Source: Oikopleura dioica (taxonomy: Eukaryota > Animalia > Chordata). From it: 64,000 bases of DNA. The notes under the pieces were generated by a model that saw only the letters and a list, made by a program, of their open reading frames with translations, did not search any database and had not been told where the DNA came from. Within the stretch, counting starts at the first letter, position 1, and every line of letters begins with the position of its first letter. The translations under genes and the position numbers were made by a program. Shown here one piece after another: positions 14,801 through 30,097 of this stretch. The stretch is taken from NCBI GenBank assembly GCA_907165135.1, contig CAJRAX010000010.1, positions 1 through 64,000 on the forward strand, in the 5' to 3' direction.

Positions 14801-17800
14801 TTTATTTTTATGAACTGTAAATCATCTGAAAACGCAAAAACGCATCAGAATTTATATTTATTTTTTTATTTTTATGAACTGTTAATCATCTGAAAACGCC
14901 AAAAAACGCATCAGAATTTTTCTTAATTTTTTCGATTTTTTTGAACTGTAAATTATCTGAAAACGCCAAAAACGCATCAGAATTTTTTTAATTTTTTTAT
15001 TTTTTTGAACTGTTAATTATCTGAAAACGCCAAAAACGCATCAGAATTTCTATTAAATTTTTTATTTTTATGAACTGTAAATCATCTGAAAACGCCAAAA
15101 ACGCATCAGAATTTTTTTTTATTTTTTTCATTTTTATGAACTGTAAATTATCTGAAAACGCCAAAAACGCATCAGAATTTTTTAATTTTTTTTATTTTTA
15201 TGAACTGTAAATCATCTGAAAACGCCAAAAACGCATCAGAATTTCCTTAATTTTTTCGATTTTTTGAACTGTAAATTATCTGAAAACGCAAAAAACGCAT
15301 CAGAATTTTTTTTATTTTTTCGATTTTTATGAACTGTAAATCATCTGAAAACGCCAAAAAATCGCATCAGAATTTTAATTAATTTTTTTTTTATTTTTAT
15401 GAACTGTAAATCATCTGAAAACGCCAAAAAACGCATCAGAATTTTTTTTATTTTTTTATTTTTATGAAATGTAAATCATCTGAAAACGCCAAAAAACGCA
15501 TCAGAATTTTTTTTCTTTTTTTTTTTTTTATGAACTGTAAATCATCTGAAAACGCCAAAAACGCATCAGAATTTTTTCTAATTTTTTTTCATTTTTATGA
15601 ACTGTAAATCATCTGAAAACGCCAAAATACGCATCAGAAATTATATTCATTTTTTTATTTTTATGAACTGTAAATCATCTGAAAACGCCAAAAACGCATC
15701 AGAATTTTTTTTATTTTTTCGATTTTTTGAACTGTAAATTATCTGAAAACGCAAAAAAACGCATCAGAATTTTTTTATTTTTATGAACTGTAAATCATCT
15801 GAAAACGCCAAAAAACGCATCAGAATTTTTCTTTATTTTTTATATTTTTATGAACTGTAAATCATCTGAAAACGCCAAAATACGCATCAGAATTTTTATT
15901 AATTTTTTTTTTATTTTTATGAACTGTTAATCATCTGAAAACGCCAAAAAACGCATCAGAATTTTTTTTATTTTTTTTCGATTTTTTTGAACTGTAAATT
16001 ATCTGAAAACGCCAAAAAACGCATCAGAATTTTTTTTTTTTTTATTTTTATGAACTGTAAATCATCTGAAAACGCCAAAAACGCATCAGAATTTTTTAAT
16101 TTTTTATATTTTTATGAACTGTAAATCATCTGAAAACGCCAAAAAACGCATCAGAATTTTTATTAATTTTTTTCATTTTTATGAACTGTAAATCATCTGA
16201 AAACGCCAAAAAACGCATCAGAATTTCTTTAATTTTTTTTTATTTTTATGAACTGTAAATCATCTGAAAACGCCAAAAACGCATCAGAATTTTTTTAATT
16301 TTTTATTTTTATGAACTGTAAATCATCTGAAAACGCCAAAAACGCATCAGAATTTTTCTTAATTTTTTCGTTTATTTTTATGAACTGTAAATTATCTGAA
16401 AACGCCAAAAACGCATCAGAATTTTTTTATTTTTTTTTTATTTTTTGAACTGTAAATTATCTGAAAACGCAAAAAAACGCATCAGAATTTTATTAATTTT
16501 TTTTTTTTATTTAAATGAACTGTTAATCATCTGAAATTGCCAAAAAACGCATCAGAATTTTTCTTAATTTTTTTCGATTTTTCTGAACTGTAAATTATCT
16601 GAAAACGCCAAAAAACGCATCAGAATTTTTCTTAATTTTCTTTTTTATTTTTTTGAACTGTAAATTTTGAATTGTTAATCATCTGAAAACGCCAAAAAAC
16701 GCATCAGAATTTTTCTTAATTTTTTCGTTTATTTTTATGAACTGTAAATTATCTGAAAACGCCAAAAAACGCATCAGAAATTTTTTTAATTTTCTTTTTT
16801 ATTTTTTTGAACTGTAAATTATCTGAAAACGCGAAAAACGCATCAGAATTTCTATTAATTTTTTTTTTATTTTTATGAACTGTAAATCATCTGAAATTGC
16901 CAAAAAACGCATCAGAATTTTTCTTTATTTTTTTCGATTTTTCTGAACTGTAAATTATCTGAAAACGCCAAAAAACGCATCAGAATTTTTCTTAATTTTT
17001 TATATTTTTATGAACTGTAAATCATCTGAAAACGCCAAAAAACGCATCAGAATTTTTATTAATTTTTTTTTTTATTTTAATGAACTGTAAATAATCTGAA
17101 AACGCCAAAAAACGCATCAGAATTTTTTTAATTTTTTTTTTATTTTTATGAACTGTAAATCATCTGAAAACGCCAAAAAACGCATCAGAATTTTTTTTTT
17201 AATTTTTTTTTTATTATGATGAATTGTAAATCATCTTGAAACGCCAAAAAACGCATCAGAATTTTTCTTAATTTTTTCGTTTATTTTTATGAACTGTAAA
17301 TCATCTGAAAACGTCAAAAAACTTATCAGAATTTTTCTTAATTTTTTTTATATTTTTAAGAACTGTAAACCATCTGAAAACGCCAAAAAACGCATCAGAA
17401 TTTATATTTATTTTTTTCTATTTTTATGAACTGTAAATCATCTGAAAACGCAAAAAAAACGCATCAGAATTTTTAATTAATTTTTTTTTTTATTTTTATG
17501 AACTGTAAATCATCTAAAAACGCAAAAAACGCATCAGAATTTATATTTATTTTTTTTTATTTTTATGAACTGTTAATCATTTAAAAACGCCAAAAAACGC
17601 ATCAGAATTTTTCTTAATTTTTTTCGATTTTTTTGAACTGTAAATTATCTGAAAACGCCAAAAAACGCATCAGAATTTTTTTTTAATTTTTTTTTTATTT
17701 TTTTGAACTGTTAATTATCTGAAAACGCCAAAAAACGCATCAGACTTTCTATTAAATTTTTTTTTTATTTTTATGAACTGTAAATCATCTGAAAACGCCA

Positions 17801-20800
17801 AAAAACGCATCAGAATTTTTTTTTTTTTTTTTCATTTTTATGAACTGTAAATTATCTGAAAACGCCAAAAAACGCATCAGAATTTTTTTTTTTTTTTTTT
17901 TATTTTTATGAACTGTAAATCATCTGAAAACGCCAAAAAACGCATCAGAATTTCCTTAATTTTTTTCGATTTTTTTGAACTGTAAATTATCTGAAAACGC
18001 AAAAAAACGCATCAGAATTTTTTTTATTTTTTTTCGATTTTTATGAACTGTAAATCATCTGAAAACGCCAAAAAATCCATCAGAATTTTAATTAATTTTT
18101 TTTGTATTTTTATGAACTGTAAATCATCTGAAAACGCCAAAAAACGCATCAGAATTTTTTTTATTTTTTTTTTATTTTTATGAAATGTAAATCATCTGAA
18201 AACGCCAAAAACGCATCAGAATTTTTTTTTTTTTTTTTTTTTTATGAAGTGTAAATCATCTGGAAACGCCAAAAACGCATCAGAATTTTTTCTATTTTTT
18301 CATTTTTATGAACTGTAAATCATCTGAAAACGCCAAAATACGCATCGGAAATTATATTCATTTTTTTTTTATTTTTATGAACTGTAAATCATCTGAAAAC
18401 GCCAAAAAACGCATCAAAATTTTTTTAATTTTTTTTCGATTTTTTTGAACTGTAAATTATCTGAAAACGCAAAAAAACGCATCAGAATTTTTTTTATTTT
18501 TTTTTTATTTCTATGAACTGTAAATCATCTGAAAACGCCAAAAAACGCATCAGAATTTTTCTTTATTTTTTTTTATATTTTTATGAACTGAAAATCATCT
18601 GAAAACGCCAAAATACGCATCAGAATTTTTATTAATTTTTTATTTTTATGAACTGTTAATCATCTGAAAACGCCAAAAACGCATCAGAATTTTTTATTTT
18701 TTCGATTTTTTGAACTGTAAATTATCTGAAAACGCCAAAAAACGCATCAGAATTTTTTTTTATTTTTTTTATTTTTATGAACTGTAAATCATCTGAAAAC
18801 GCCAAAAAACGCATCAGAATTTTTTTTAATTTTTTTTATATTTTTATGAACTGTAAATCATCTGAAAACGCCAAAAAACGCATCAGAATTTTTATTAATT
18901 TTTTTTCATTTTTATGAACTGTAAATCATCTGAAAACGCCAAAAAACGCATCAGAATTTCTTTAATTTTTTTTATTTTTATGAACTGTAAATCATCTGAA
19001 AACGCCAAAAAACGCATCAGAATTTTTTTAATTTTTTATTTTTATGAACTGTAAATCATCTGAAAACGCCAAAAAACGCATCAGAATTTTTCTTAATTTT
19101 TTCGTTTATTTTTATGAACTGTAAATTATCTGAAAACGCCAAAAAACGCATCAGAATTTTTTTTTTTTTTTTTTATTTTTTTGAACTGTAAATTATCTGA
19201 AAACGCAAAAAAAACGCATCAGAATTTCTATTAATTTTTTTTTTTTATTTAAATGAACTGTTAATCATCTGAAATTGCCAAAAAACGCATCAGAATTTTT
19301 CTTAATTTTTTCGATTTTTCTGAACTGTAAATTATCTGAAAACGCCAAAAAACGCATCAGAATTTTTCTTATTTTTTTATATTTTTATGAACTGTAAATC
19401 ATCTGAAAACGCCAAAAACGCATCAGAATTTTTATTAATTTTTTTATATTTTTATGAACTGTAAATTATCTGAAAACGCCAAAAACGCATCAGAATTTTT
19501 TTATTTTTTTGTTATTTTAATGAACTGTAAATCATCTGAAAACGCCAAAAACGCATCAGATTTTTTATTAATTTTTTATTTTTATGAACTGTAAATCATC
19601 TGAAAACGCCAAAAACGCATCAGAATTTTTATTAATTTTTTCGATTTTTTTGAACTGTTAATTATCTGAAAACGCCAAAAACGCATCAGAATTTTTATTA
19701 ATTTTTTATTTTTATGAACTGTAAATCATCTGAAAACGCCAAAAACGCATCAGAATTTTTTTAAATTTTTTATATTTTTTGAACTGTAAATTATCTGAAA
19801 ACGCCAAAAACGCATCAGAATTTTTATTAATTTTTTATTTTCATGAACTGTAAATCATCTGAAAACGCCAAAAAACGCATCAGAATTTTTCTTAATTTTT
19901 TTATTTTTATGAACTGTAAATCATCTGAAAACGCCAAAAAACGCATCAGAATTTCCTTAATTTTTTCGATTTTTTGAACTGTAAATTATCTGAAAACGCA
20001 AAAAAACGCATCAGAATTTTTATTAATTTTTTATTTTTATGAACTGTAAATCATCTGAAAACGCCAAAACGCATCAGAATTTTTATTTATTTTTTATTAT
20101 TTTTATGAACTGTAAATCATCTGAAAACGCCAAAAACGCATCAGAATTTTTTTTATTTTTTTTTTATTTTTATGAAATGTAAATCATCTGAAAACGCCAA
20201 AAAACGCATCAGAATTTTTCTTCTTTTTTTTATTTTTATGAACTGTAAATCATCTGGAAACGCCAAAAACGCATCAGAATTTTTTTTTTTTTTCATTTTG
20301 ATGAACTGTAAATCATCTGAAAACGCCAAAGAACGCATCAGAATTTTTTTATTTTTTCGATTTTTTTGAACTGTAAATTATCTGAAAACGCCAAAAACGC
20401 ATCAGAGAATTTTTTTAATTTTTTTTATTTTTATGAACTGTAAATCATCTGAAAACGCCAAAAACGCATCAGAATTTCCTTAATTTTTTCGATTTTTTGA
20501 ACTGTAAATTATCTGAAAACGCAAAAACGCATCAGAATTTTTTTTTATTTTTTCGATTTTTATGAACTGTAAATCATCTGAAAACGCCAAAAATCCATCA
20601 GAATTTTAATTAATTTTTTTTTTATTTTTATGAACTGTAAATCATCTGAAAACGCCAAAAACGCATCAGAATTTTTTTATTTTTTTTATTTTTATGAACT
20701 GTAAATCATCTGAAAACGCCAAAAACGCATCAGAATTTTTCTTAATTTTTTTTATTTTTATGAACTGTAAATCATCTGAAAACGCCAAAAACGCATCAGA

Positions 20801-23800
20801 ATTTTTTTATTTTTTTTTCATTTTTATGAACTGTAAATCATCTGAAAACGCCAAAAACGCATCAGAATTTATATTCATTTTTTTTATTTTTATGAACTGT
20901 AAATCATCTGAAAACGCCAAAAACGCATCAGAATTTTTTTAATTTTTTATATTTTTATGAACTGTAAATCATCTGAAAACGCCAAAAACGCATCAGAATT
21001 TTTCTTAATTTTTTTTTATTTTTATGAACTGTAAATCATCTGAAAACGCCAAAAACGCATCAGAATTTTTCTTCTTTTTTTATTTTATGAACTGTAAATC
21101 ATCTGAAAACGCCAAAAAACGCATCAGAATTTTTTTTTTTTTCATTTTTTTGAACTGTAAATCATCTGTAACCGCCAAAAACGCATCAGAATTTTTTTAT
21201 TTTTTCGATTTTTTTGAACTGTAAATTATCTGAAAACGCCAAAAACGCATCAGAATTTTTATTAATTTTTTATTTTTATGAACTGTAAATCATCTGAAAA
21301 CGCCAAAAACGCATCAGAATTTTTTTTAATTTTTTATATTTTTTGAACTGTAAATTATCTGAAAACGCCAAAAACGCATCAGAATTTTTCTTAATTTTTT
21401 TTATTTTTATGAACTGTAAATCATCTGAAAACGCCAAAAACGCATCAGAATTTCCTTAATTTTTTCGATTTTTTGTACTGTAAATTATCTGAAAACGCAA
21501 AAAAACGCATCAGAATTTTTATTAATTTTTTTTTTTATTTTTATGAACTGTAAATCATCTGAAAACGCCAAAAAATCCATCAGAATTTTTATTTATTTTT
21601 TTTTATTATTTTTATGAACTGTAAATCATCTGAAAACGCCAAAAAACGCATCAGAGTTTTTTTTTATTTTTTTTTATTTTTATGAACTGTAAATCATCTG
21701 AAAACGCCAAAAAACGCATCAGAATTTTTTTTATTTTTTTTCGATTTTTTTGAACTGTAAATTATCTGAAAACGCCAAAAACGCATCAGAATTTTTTTAA
21801 TTTTTTTTTATTTTTATGAACTGTAAATCATCTGAAAACGCCAAAAACGCATCAGAATTTCCTTAATTTTTTCGATTTTTTTGAACTGTAAATTATCTGA
21901 AAACGCAAAAAAACGCATCAGAATTTTTATTAATTTTTTTTTTTATTTTTATGAACTGTAAATCATCTGAAAACGCCAAAAACGCATCAGAATTTTAATT
22001 AATTTTTTTTATTTTTATGAACTGTAAATCATCTGAAAACGCCAAAAACGCATCAGAATTTTTTTATTTTTTTTTATTTTTATGAACTGTAAATTATCTG
22101 AAAACGCCAAAAACGCATCAGAATTTTTTTAATTTTTTTTTATTTTTATGAACTGTAAATCATCTGAAAACGCCAAAAACGCATCAGAATTTCCTTAATT
22201 TTTTCGATTTTTTTGAACTGTAAATTATCTGAAAACGCAAAAACGCATCAGAATTTTTTTATTTTTTTTCGATTTTTATGAACTGTAAATCATCTGAAAA
22301 CGCCAAAAACGCATCAGAATTTTAATTAATTTTTTATTTTTATGAACTGTAAATCATCTGAAAACGCCAAAAACGCATCAGAATTTTTTTTATTTTTTTT
22401 ATTTTTATGAACTGTAAATCATCTGAAAACGCCAAAAACGCATCAGAATTTTTCTTCTTTTTTTTATTTTTATGAACTGTAAATCATCTGAAAACGCCAA
22501 AAACGCATCAGAATTTTTTTATTTTTTTTCATTTTTATGAACTGTAAATCATCTGAAAACGCCAAAAAACGCATCAGAATTTATATTCATTTTTTTATTT
22601 TTATGAACTGTAAATCATCTGAAAACGCCAAAAACGCATCAGAATTTTTTAATTTTTTTTTATTTTTATGAACTGTAAATCATCTGAAAACGCCAAAAAC
22701 GCATCAGAATTTTTCTTAATTTTTTTTTATTTTTATGAACTGTAAATCATCTGAAAACGCCAAAAACGCATCAGAATTTTTCTTCTTTTTTTTTTATATT
22801 ATGAAGTGTAAATCATCTGGAAACACCAAAAAACGCATCAGAATTTTTTCATTTTTTGAACTGTAAATCATCTGAAAACGCCAAAAACGCATCAGAATTT
22901 TTTTAATTTTTTTTATTTTTATGAACTATAAATCATCTGAAAACGCCAAAAAACGCATCAGAATTTTTTTTAATTTTTTTTATATTTTTTTGTACTGTAA
23001 ATTATCTGAAAACGCAAAAAAACGCATCAGAATTTTTATTAATTTTTTTTTTTATTTTTATGAACTGTAAATCATCTGAAAACGCCAAAAAATCCATCAG
23101 AATTTTTATTTATTTTTTTTATTTTTATGAACTGTAAATCATCTGAAAACGCCAAAAAACGCATCAGAATTTTTTTTTATTTTTTTTATTTTTATGAACT
23201 GTAAATCATCTGAAAACGCCAAAAACGCATCAGATTTTTTTTATTTTTTTCGATTTTTTTGAACTGTAAATCATCTGAAAACGCCAAAAAACGCATCAGA
23301 ATTTTTATTAATTTTTTATTTTTATGAACTGTAAATCATCTGAAAACGCCAAAAACGCATCAGAATTTTTTTTATTTTTTTATATTTTTTGAACTGTTAA
23401 TTATCTGAAAACGCCAAAAAACGCATCAGAATTTTTTTTAATTTTTTTTTTCATTTTTATGAACTGTAAATCATCTGAAAACGCCAAAAAACGCATCAGA
23501 ATTTCCTTAATTTTTTTCGATTTTTTTGAACTGTAAATTATCTGAAAACGCAAAAAAACGCATCAGAATTTTTATTAATTTTTTTTTTTATTTTTATGAA
23601 CTGTAAATCATCTGAAAACGCCAAAAAACGCATCAGAATTTTTTTTTATTTTTTTTATTTTTATGAACTGTAAATCATCTGAAAACGCCAAAATACGCAT
23701 CAGAATTTTTTTTTTTTTTTTTATTTTTATGAACTTTAAATCATCTGAAAACGCCAAAAAACGCATCAGAATTTTTTTATTTTTTTTCGATTTTTTGAAC

Positions 23801-26800
23801 TGTAAATTATCTGAAAACGCCAAAAACGCATCAGAATTTTTTTAATTTTTTTTTATTTTTATGAACTGTAAATCATCTGAAAACGCCAAAAACGCATCAG
23901 AATTTCCTTAATTTTTTCGATTTTTTTGAACTGTAAATTATCTGAAAACGCCAAAAACGCATCAGAATTTTTATTAATTTTTTTTTATTTTTATGAACTG
24001 TAAATCATCTGAAAACGCCAAAAACGCATCAGAATTTTAATTAATTTTTTTTTATTTTTATGAACTGTAAATCATCTGAAAACGCCAAAAAACGCATCAG
24101 AATTTTTTTTAATTTTTTTTTATTTTTTTATGAACTGTAAATCATCTGAAAACGCAAAAAAACGCATCAGAATTTTTTTTTTTTTATTTTTATGAACTGT
24201 AAATCATCTGAAAACGCCAAAAAACGCATCAGAATTTTTTTTATTTTTTTTTCATTTTTATGAACTGTAAATCATCTGAAAACGCCAAAATACGCATCAG
24301 AATTTTTATTCATTTTTTTTTTATTTTTATGAACTGTAAATCATCTGAAAACGCCAAAAAACGCATCAGAATTTTTTTAATTTTTTTTCGATTTTTTTGA
24401 ACTGTAAATTTTGAATTGTAAATCATCTGAAAACGCCAAAAAACGCATCAGAATTTTTCTTAATTTTTTCGTTTATTTTTATGAACTGTAAATTATCTGA
24501 AAACGCCAAAAACGCATCAGAAATTTTTTAATTTTCTTTTATTTTTTTGAACTGTAAATTATCTGAAAACGCGAAAAACGCATCAGAATTTCTATTAATT
24601 TTTTTATTTTTATGAACTGTAAATCATCTGAAATTGCCAAAAAACGCATCAGAATTTTTCTTTATTTTTTTCGATTTTTCTGAACTGTAAATTATCTGAA
24701 AACGCCAAAAAACGCATCAGAATTTTTCTTAATTTTTTATATTTTTATGAACTGTAAATCATCTGAAAACGCCAAAAAACGCATCAGAATTTTTATTAAT
24801 TTTTTTTTTTATTTTAATGAACTGTAAATAATCTGAAAACGCCAAAAAACGCATCAGAATTTTTTAATTTTTTTTTATTTTTATGAACTGTAAATCATCT
24901 GAAAACGCCAAAAAACGCATCAGAATTTTTTATTTTTTTTTTATTTTTATGAACTGTAAATCATCTGAAAACGCCAAAAAACGCATCAGAATTTTTCTTA
25001 ATTTTTTCGTTTATTTTTATGAACTGTAAATCATCTGAAAACGTCAAAAAACTTATCAGAATTTTTCTTAATTTTTTTTATATTTTTAAGAACTGTAAAC
25101 CATCTGAAAACGCCAAAAAACGCATCAGAATTTATATTTATTTTTTTTCTATTTTTATGAACTGTAAATCATCTGAAAACGCAAAAAAAACGCATCAGAA
25201 TTTTTAATTAATTTTTTTTTTTATTTTTATGAACTGTAAATCATCTGAAAACGCCAAAAAACGCATCAGAATTTTTATTAATTTTTTTTTATATTTTTAT
25301 GAACTGTAAATCATCTGAAAACGCCAAAAAACGCATCAGAATTTTTCTTAATTTTTTCGATTTTTTGAACTGTAAATTATCTGAAAACGCCAAAAACGCA
25401 TCAGAATTTTTTAATTTTTTTTTATTTTTTTGAACTGTTAATTATCTGAAAACGCAAAAACGCATCAGAATTTCTATTAATTTTTTATTTTTATGAACTG
25501 TAAATCATCTGAAAACGCCAAAAACGCATCAGAATTTTTTTTTTTTTTTTCATTTTTATGAACTGTAAATTATCTGAAAACGCCAAAAACGCATCAGAAT
25601 TTTTTTATTTTTTTTATTTTTATGAACTGTAAATCATCTGAAAACGCCAAAAACGCATCAGAATTTCCTTAATTTTTTCGATTTTTTGAACTGTAAATTA
25701 TCTGAAAACGCAAAAAACGCATCAGAATTTTTTTTATTTTTTTCGATTTTTATGAACTGTAAATCATCTGAAAACGCCAAAAACGCATCAGAATTTTTTT
25801 ATTTTTTTATTTTTATGAACTGTAAATCATCTGAAAACGCCAAAAACGCATCAGAATTTTTCTTCTTTTTTTATTTTTATGAAGTGTAAATCATCTGAAA
25901 ACGCCAAAAACGCATCAGAATTTTTTTTTTTTTTTTCATTTTTATGAACTGTAAATCATCTGAAAACGCCAAAATACGCATCAGAATTTATATTCATTTT
26001 TTTTTTATTTTTATGAACTGTAAATCATCTGAAAACGCCAAAAAACGCATCAAAATTTTTTTATTTTTTCGATTTTTTTGAACTGTAAATTATCTGAAAA
26101 CGCAAAAAAACGCATCAGAATTTTTTTTTTTTTTATTTTTATGAACTGTAAATCATCTGAAAACGCCAAAAAACGCATCAGAATTTTTTTTATTTTTTTT
26201 TTATTTTTTTGAACTGTAAATTATCTGAAAACGCCAAAATACGCATCAGAATTTTTATTAATTTTTTATTTTTATGAACTGTAAATCATCTGAAAACGCC
26301 AAAAACGCATCAGAATTTTTTTTATTTTTTCGATTTTTTGAACTGTAAATTATCTGAAAACGCCAAAAACGCATCAGAATTTTTTTTATTTTTTTATTTT
26401 TATGAACTGTAAATCATCTGAAAACGCCAAAAACGCATCAGAATTTTTCTTAATTTTTTTATATTTTTATGAACTGTAAATCATCTGAAAACGCCAAAAA
26501 CGCATCAGAATTTTTGTTAATTTTTTCATTTTTATGAACTGTAAATCATCTGAAAACGCCAAAAAACGCATCAGAATTTCTTTAATTTTTTTTATTTTTA
26601 TGAACTGTAAATCATCTGAAAACGCCAAAAAACGCATCAGAATTTTTTTTAATTTTTTATTTTTATGAATTGTAAATCATCTGAAAACGCCAAAAAACGC
26701 ATCAGAATTTTTCTTAATTTTTTCGTTTATTTTTATGAAATGTAAATCATTTGAAAACGCCAAAAAACGCATCAGAATTTTTTATTTTTTTTTAATTTTT

Positions 26801-28752
26801 TGAACTGTAAATTATCTGAAAACGCAAAAAACGCATCAGAATTTCTATTAATTTTTTATTTAAATGAACTGTAAATCATCTGAAAACGCCAAAAACGCAT
26901 CAGAATTTTTCTTAATTTTTTCGATTTTTCTGAACTGTAAATTATCTGAAAACGCCAAAAACGCATCAGAATTTTTCTTAATTTTTTTATATTTTTATGA
27001 ACTGTAAATCATCTGAAAACGCCAAAAACGCATCAGAATTTTTATTAATTTTTTTATATTTTTATAAACTGTAAATTATCTGAAAACGCCAAAAAACGCA
27101 TCAGAATTTTTTTTTTATTTATTTTTGTTATTTAAATGAACTGTAAATCATCTGAAAACGCCAAAAAACGCATCAGAATTTTTATTAATTTTTTTTATTT
27201 TTATGAACTGTAAATCATCTGAAAACGCCAAAAAACGCATCAGAATTTTTATTAATTTTTTTCGATTTTTTTGAACTGTTAATTATCTGAAAACGCCAAA
27301 AAACGCATCAGAATTTTTATTAATTTTTTTATTTTTATGAACTGTAAATCATCTGAAAACGCCAAAAAACGCATCAGAATTTTTTTAATTTTTTTATATT
27401 TTTTTGAACTGTAAATTATCTGAAAACGCCAAAAAACGCATCAGAATTTTTCTTAATTTTTTTTTATTTTCATGAACTGTAAATCATCTGAAAACGCCAA
27501 AAACGCATCAGAATTTTTCTTAATTTTTTCTTTATTTTTATGAACTGTAAATCATCTGAAAACGCCAAAAACGCATCAGAATTTCCTTAATTTTTTCGAT
27601 TTTTTTGAACTGTAAATTATCTGAAAACGCCAAAAACGCATCAGAATTTTTTTTATTTTTTTTATTTTTATGAACTGAAAATCATCTGAAAACGCCAAAA
27701 AACGCATCAGAATTTTTTTATTTTTTTTATTTTTATGAACTGTAAATCATCTGAAAACGCAAAAAACGCATCAGAATTTTTCTTCTTTTTTTATTTTTAT
27801 GAACTGTAAATCATCTGAAAACGCCAAAAACGCATCAGAATTTTTTTTTTTCATTTTTATGAACTGTAAATCATCTGAAAACGCCAAAAAACGCATCAGA
27901 ATTTTCTTTATTTTTTTCGATTTTTTTGAACTGTAAATTATCTGAAAACGCCAAAAACGCATCAGAATTTTTTTTTAATTTTTTCATTTTTATGAACTGT
28001 AAATCATCTGAAAACGCCAAAAACGCATCAGAATTTTTTTTATTTTTTTATTTTTATGAACTGTAAATCATCTGAAACGCCAAAAACGCATCAGAATTTT
28101 TCTTAATTTTTTCGTTTATTTTTATGAACTGTAAATCATCTGAAAACGTCAAAAACGCATCAGAATTTTTTTTAATTTTTTTTTATATTTTTATGAACTG
28201 TAAATCATCTGAAAACGCCAAAAAACGCATCAGAATTTATATTTATTTTTTTCTATTTTTATGAACTGTAAATCATCTGAAAACGCAAAAAAAACGCATC
28301 AGAATTTTTAATTAATTTTTTTTATTTTTATGAACTGTAAATCATCTAAAAACGCAAAAAAACGCATCAGAATTTTTTTTTAATTTTTTTTTTTATTTTT
28401 TTGAACTGTTAATCATCTGAAAACGCCAAAAACGCATCAGAATTTTTCTTAATTTTTTCGATTTTTTTGAACTGTAAATTATCTGAAAACGCCAAAAACG
28501 CATCAGAATTTTTTTAATTTTTTATTTTTTGAACTGTAAATTATCTGAAAACGCAAAAACGCATCAGAATTTTTCTATTAATTTTTTATTTTTATGAACT
28601 GTAAATCATCTGAAAACGCCAAAAACGCATCAGAATTTTTTTATTTTTTTTTCATTTTTATGAACTGTAAATCATCTGAAAACGCCAAAAACGCATCAGA
28701 ATTTTTTTTTATTTTTTTTTTTTATTTTTATGAACTGTAAATCATCTGAAAA
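5864..28752 (+). repeat. Tandem satellite array (~62-72 bp monomer, ~23 kb uninterrupted)
   Basis: Hundreds of head-to-tail copies of ATGAACTGTAAAT(C/T)ATCTGAAAACGC(C/A)AAAAAACGCATCAGAA plus a T-rich spacer. Confidence 0.99.
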
Positions 28753-30048
28753 TGATACGGAAGCGGCTGTCCTGCAAGAATTTTGCTCGATCTCTAACTC
28801 TAGAATGCCAAGCCAAAACAACGAGAATTAAATTTAAAATTTGCGTGGTTTTATTTGTGATTTGAATGACGGAAAAAGGCGCGACGCGGGGTTAAATAGC
28901 AGCGAGATTCGATCAGTGTTTTTGAACAAGCGGTTGTTTTTGAAAAACAATTTTTCTTTCGAAAACAAGGAAGAGAGCCCGTGGCTTCTTTTAGCGGTTT
29001 TTCTTGCGGGAAATCCTTTCGGATCGATTTCTTTTCGGAAGAGGAGCTGGTCGAACTTGCCAAGCAAGTTATTTTCAAAGGTTTTGGGAGCCGGCGCCGC
29101 GCGTGACGAGATAAAACGCAAATTAATTATTTTTTCATAATAAAAAGCAGAAAATAATAACAGCCACTTAAACTTCTCACTATGTGACCGTAGAAGTGAC
29201 TGTTAATTATGATTGAAATAAAAAAGGATGAGAAAAGTTAAAGAATATATACAAAATTTTTACAAATAAATTGAATAAAATTTGGTCAGGATTTTATAAA
29301 ATAAATTTATCAAAATTGAAATCATAGAAGAAGCAAATTCCAAGGAACATACCCGGGGGAAGTTACTGTCGCGGTTCGCACCGTATCTTCTCTTACGGAT
29401 GAGCTAATTTGCGACAAGCGGACGCACTGACAGAGAGTTTGTCCGACCCCACGGCACCGAGATGATACGACGGTTTATCGGCTCGTTGGAGTAGTTGTTT
29501 TTGAAGAAGATGTTGACGGCTATCTTGTTGTAGAAGTTGAATCGTATGAACTGTCAATAATCGAACTTTAAAAATCGCAAAGCAATGACAAGAAATATCA
29601 AGAAATAAAATAAACATGCGGTTTTGCGAATTGCATATTTTTGGATGAATTGACGTCAGATCGCACTAGAATAGTCAGAAACGAATTAAGATTTTTTCCA
29701 AAGTATGCGTACATACACCTTAATCCTAGACTGAATGAACCCTTAATTAGTTTCCGACCCGTTGATTATGATGAGAGCATATGAGCATTCCAATGGTAAA
29801 ACGTATAGATCGTAAGGAGATGACATGATGATACGACAATTTTGGGTCAATCTGGCTCGTAAAAACTGACCATCTTTTCATTTTGAGTAGAATATCGTGA
29901 AATGATTTTTTGCAAATATGTCGGATCAATTTGGTGATACCAAGCTGACAAGACAAATTTAAACCAACGTAGAACCGAATTGGCGTAAATATTTGGCCGT
30001 GAAATAAAATTTTTATTTGGCTTGAGGCGTTGTTCCCTAAGGATATCA
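28753..30048 (-). repeat. 3' LTR of A2 (1296 bp)
   Basis: Direct repeat of 35661-36958 with TG...CA termini. Confidence 0.98.
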
Positions 30049-30097
30049 CTGTGACCTTCCATGGGTCCCAAACGAGCATCTTTATCGCCTATCTTTT

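Noticed and set aside
9200-28700. Blocks of monomers with 5 versus 6 A in CCAAAAA(A)CGC as biological subfamilies
   Set aside because: Shorter A-runs co-occur with shorter T-runs in kb-scale patches, as expected from consensus homopolymer error; needs accurate reads
5864-28752. CRISPR-like look (conserved ~43-bp repeat plus variable ~20-28 bp spacer)
   Set aside because: Spacers are low-complexity T-runs that recur rather than unique sequences; no cas genes; eukaryotic LTR retrotransposon context
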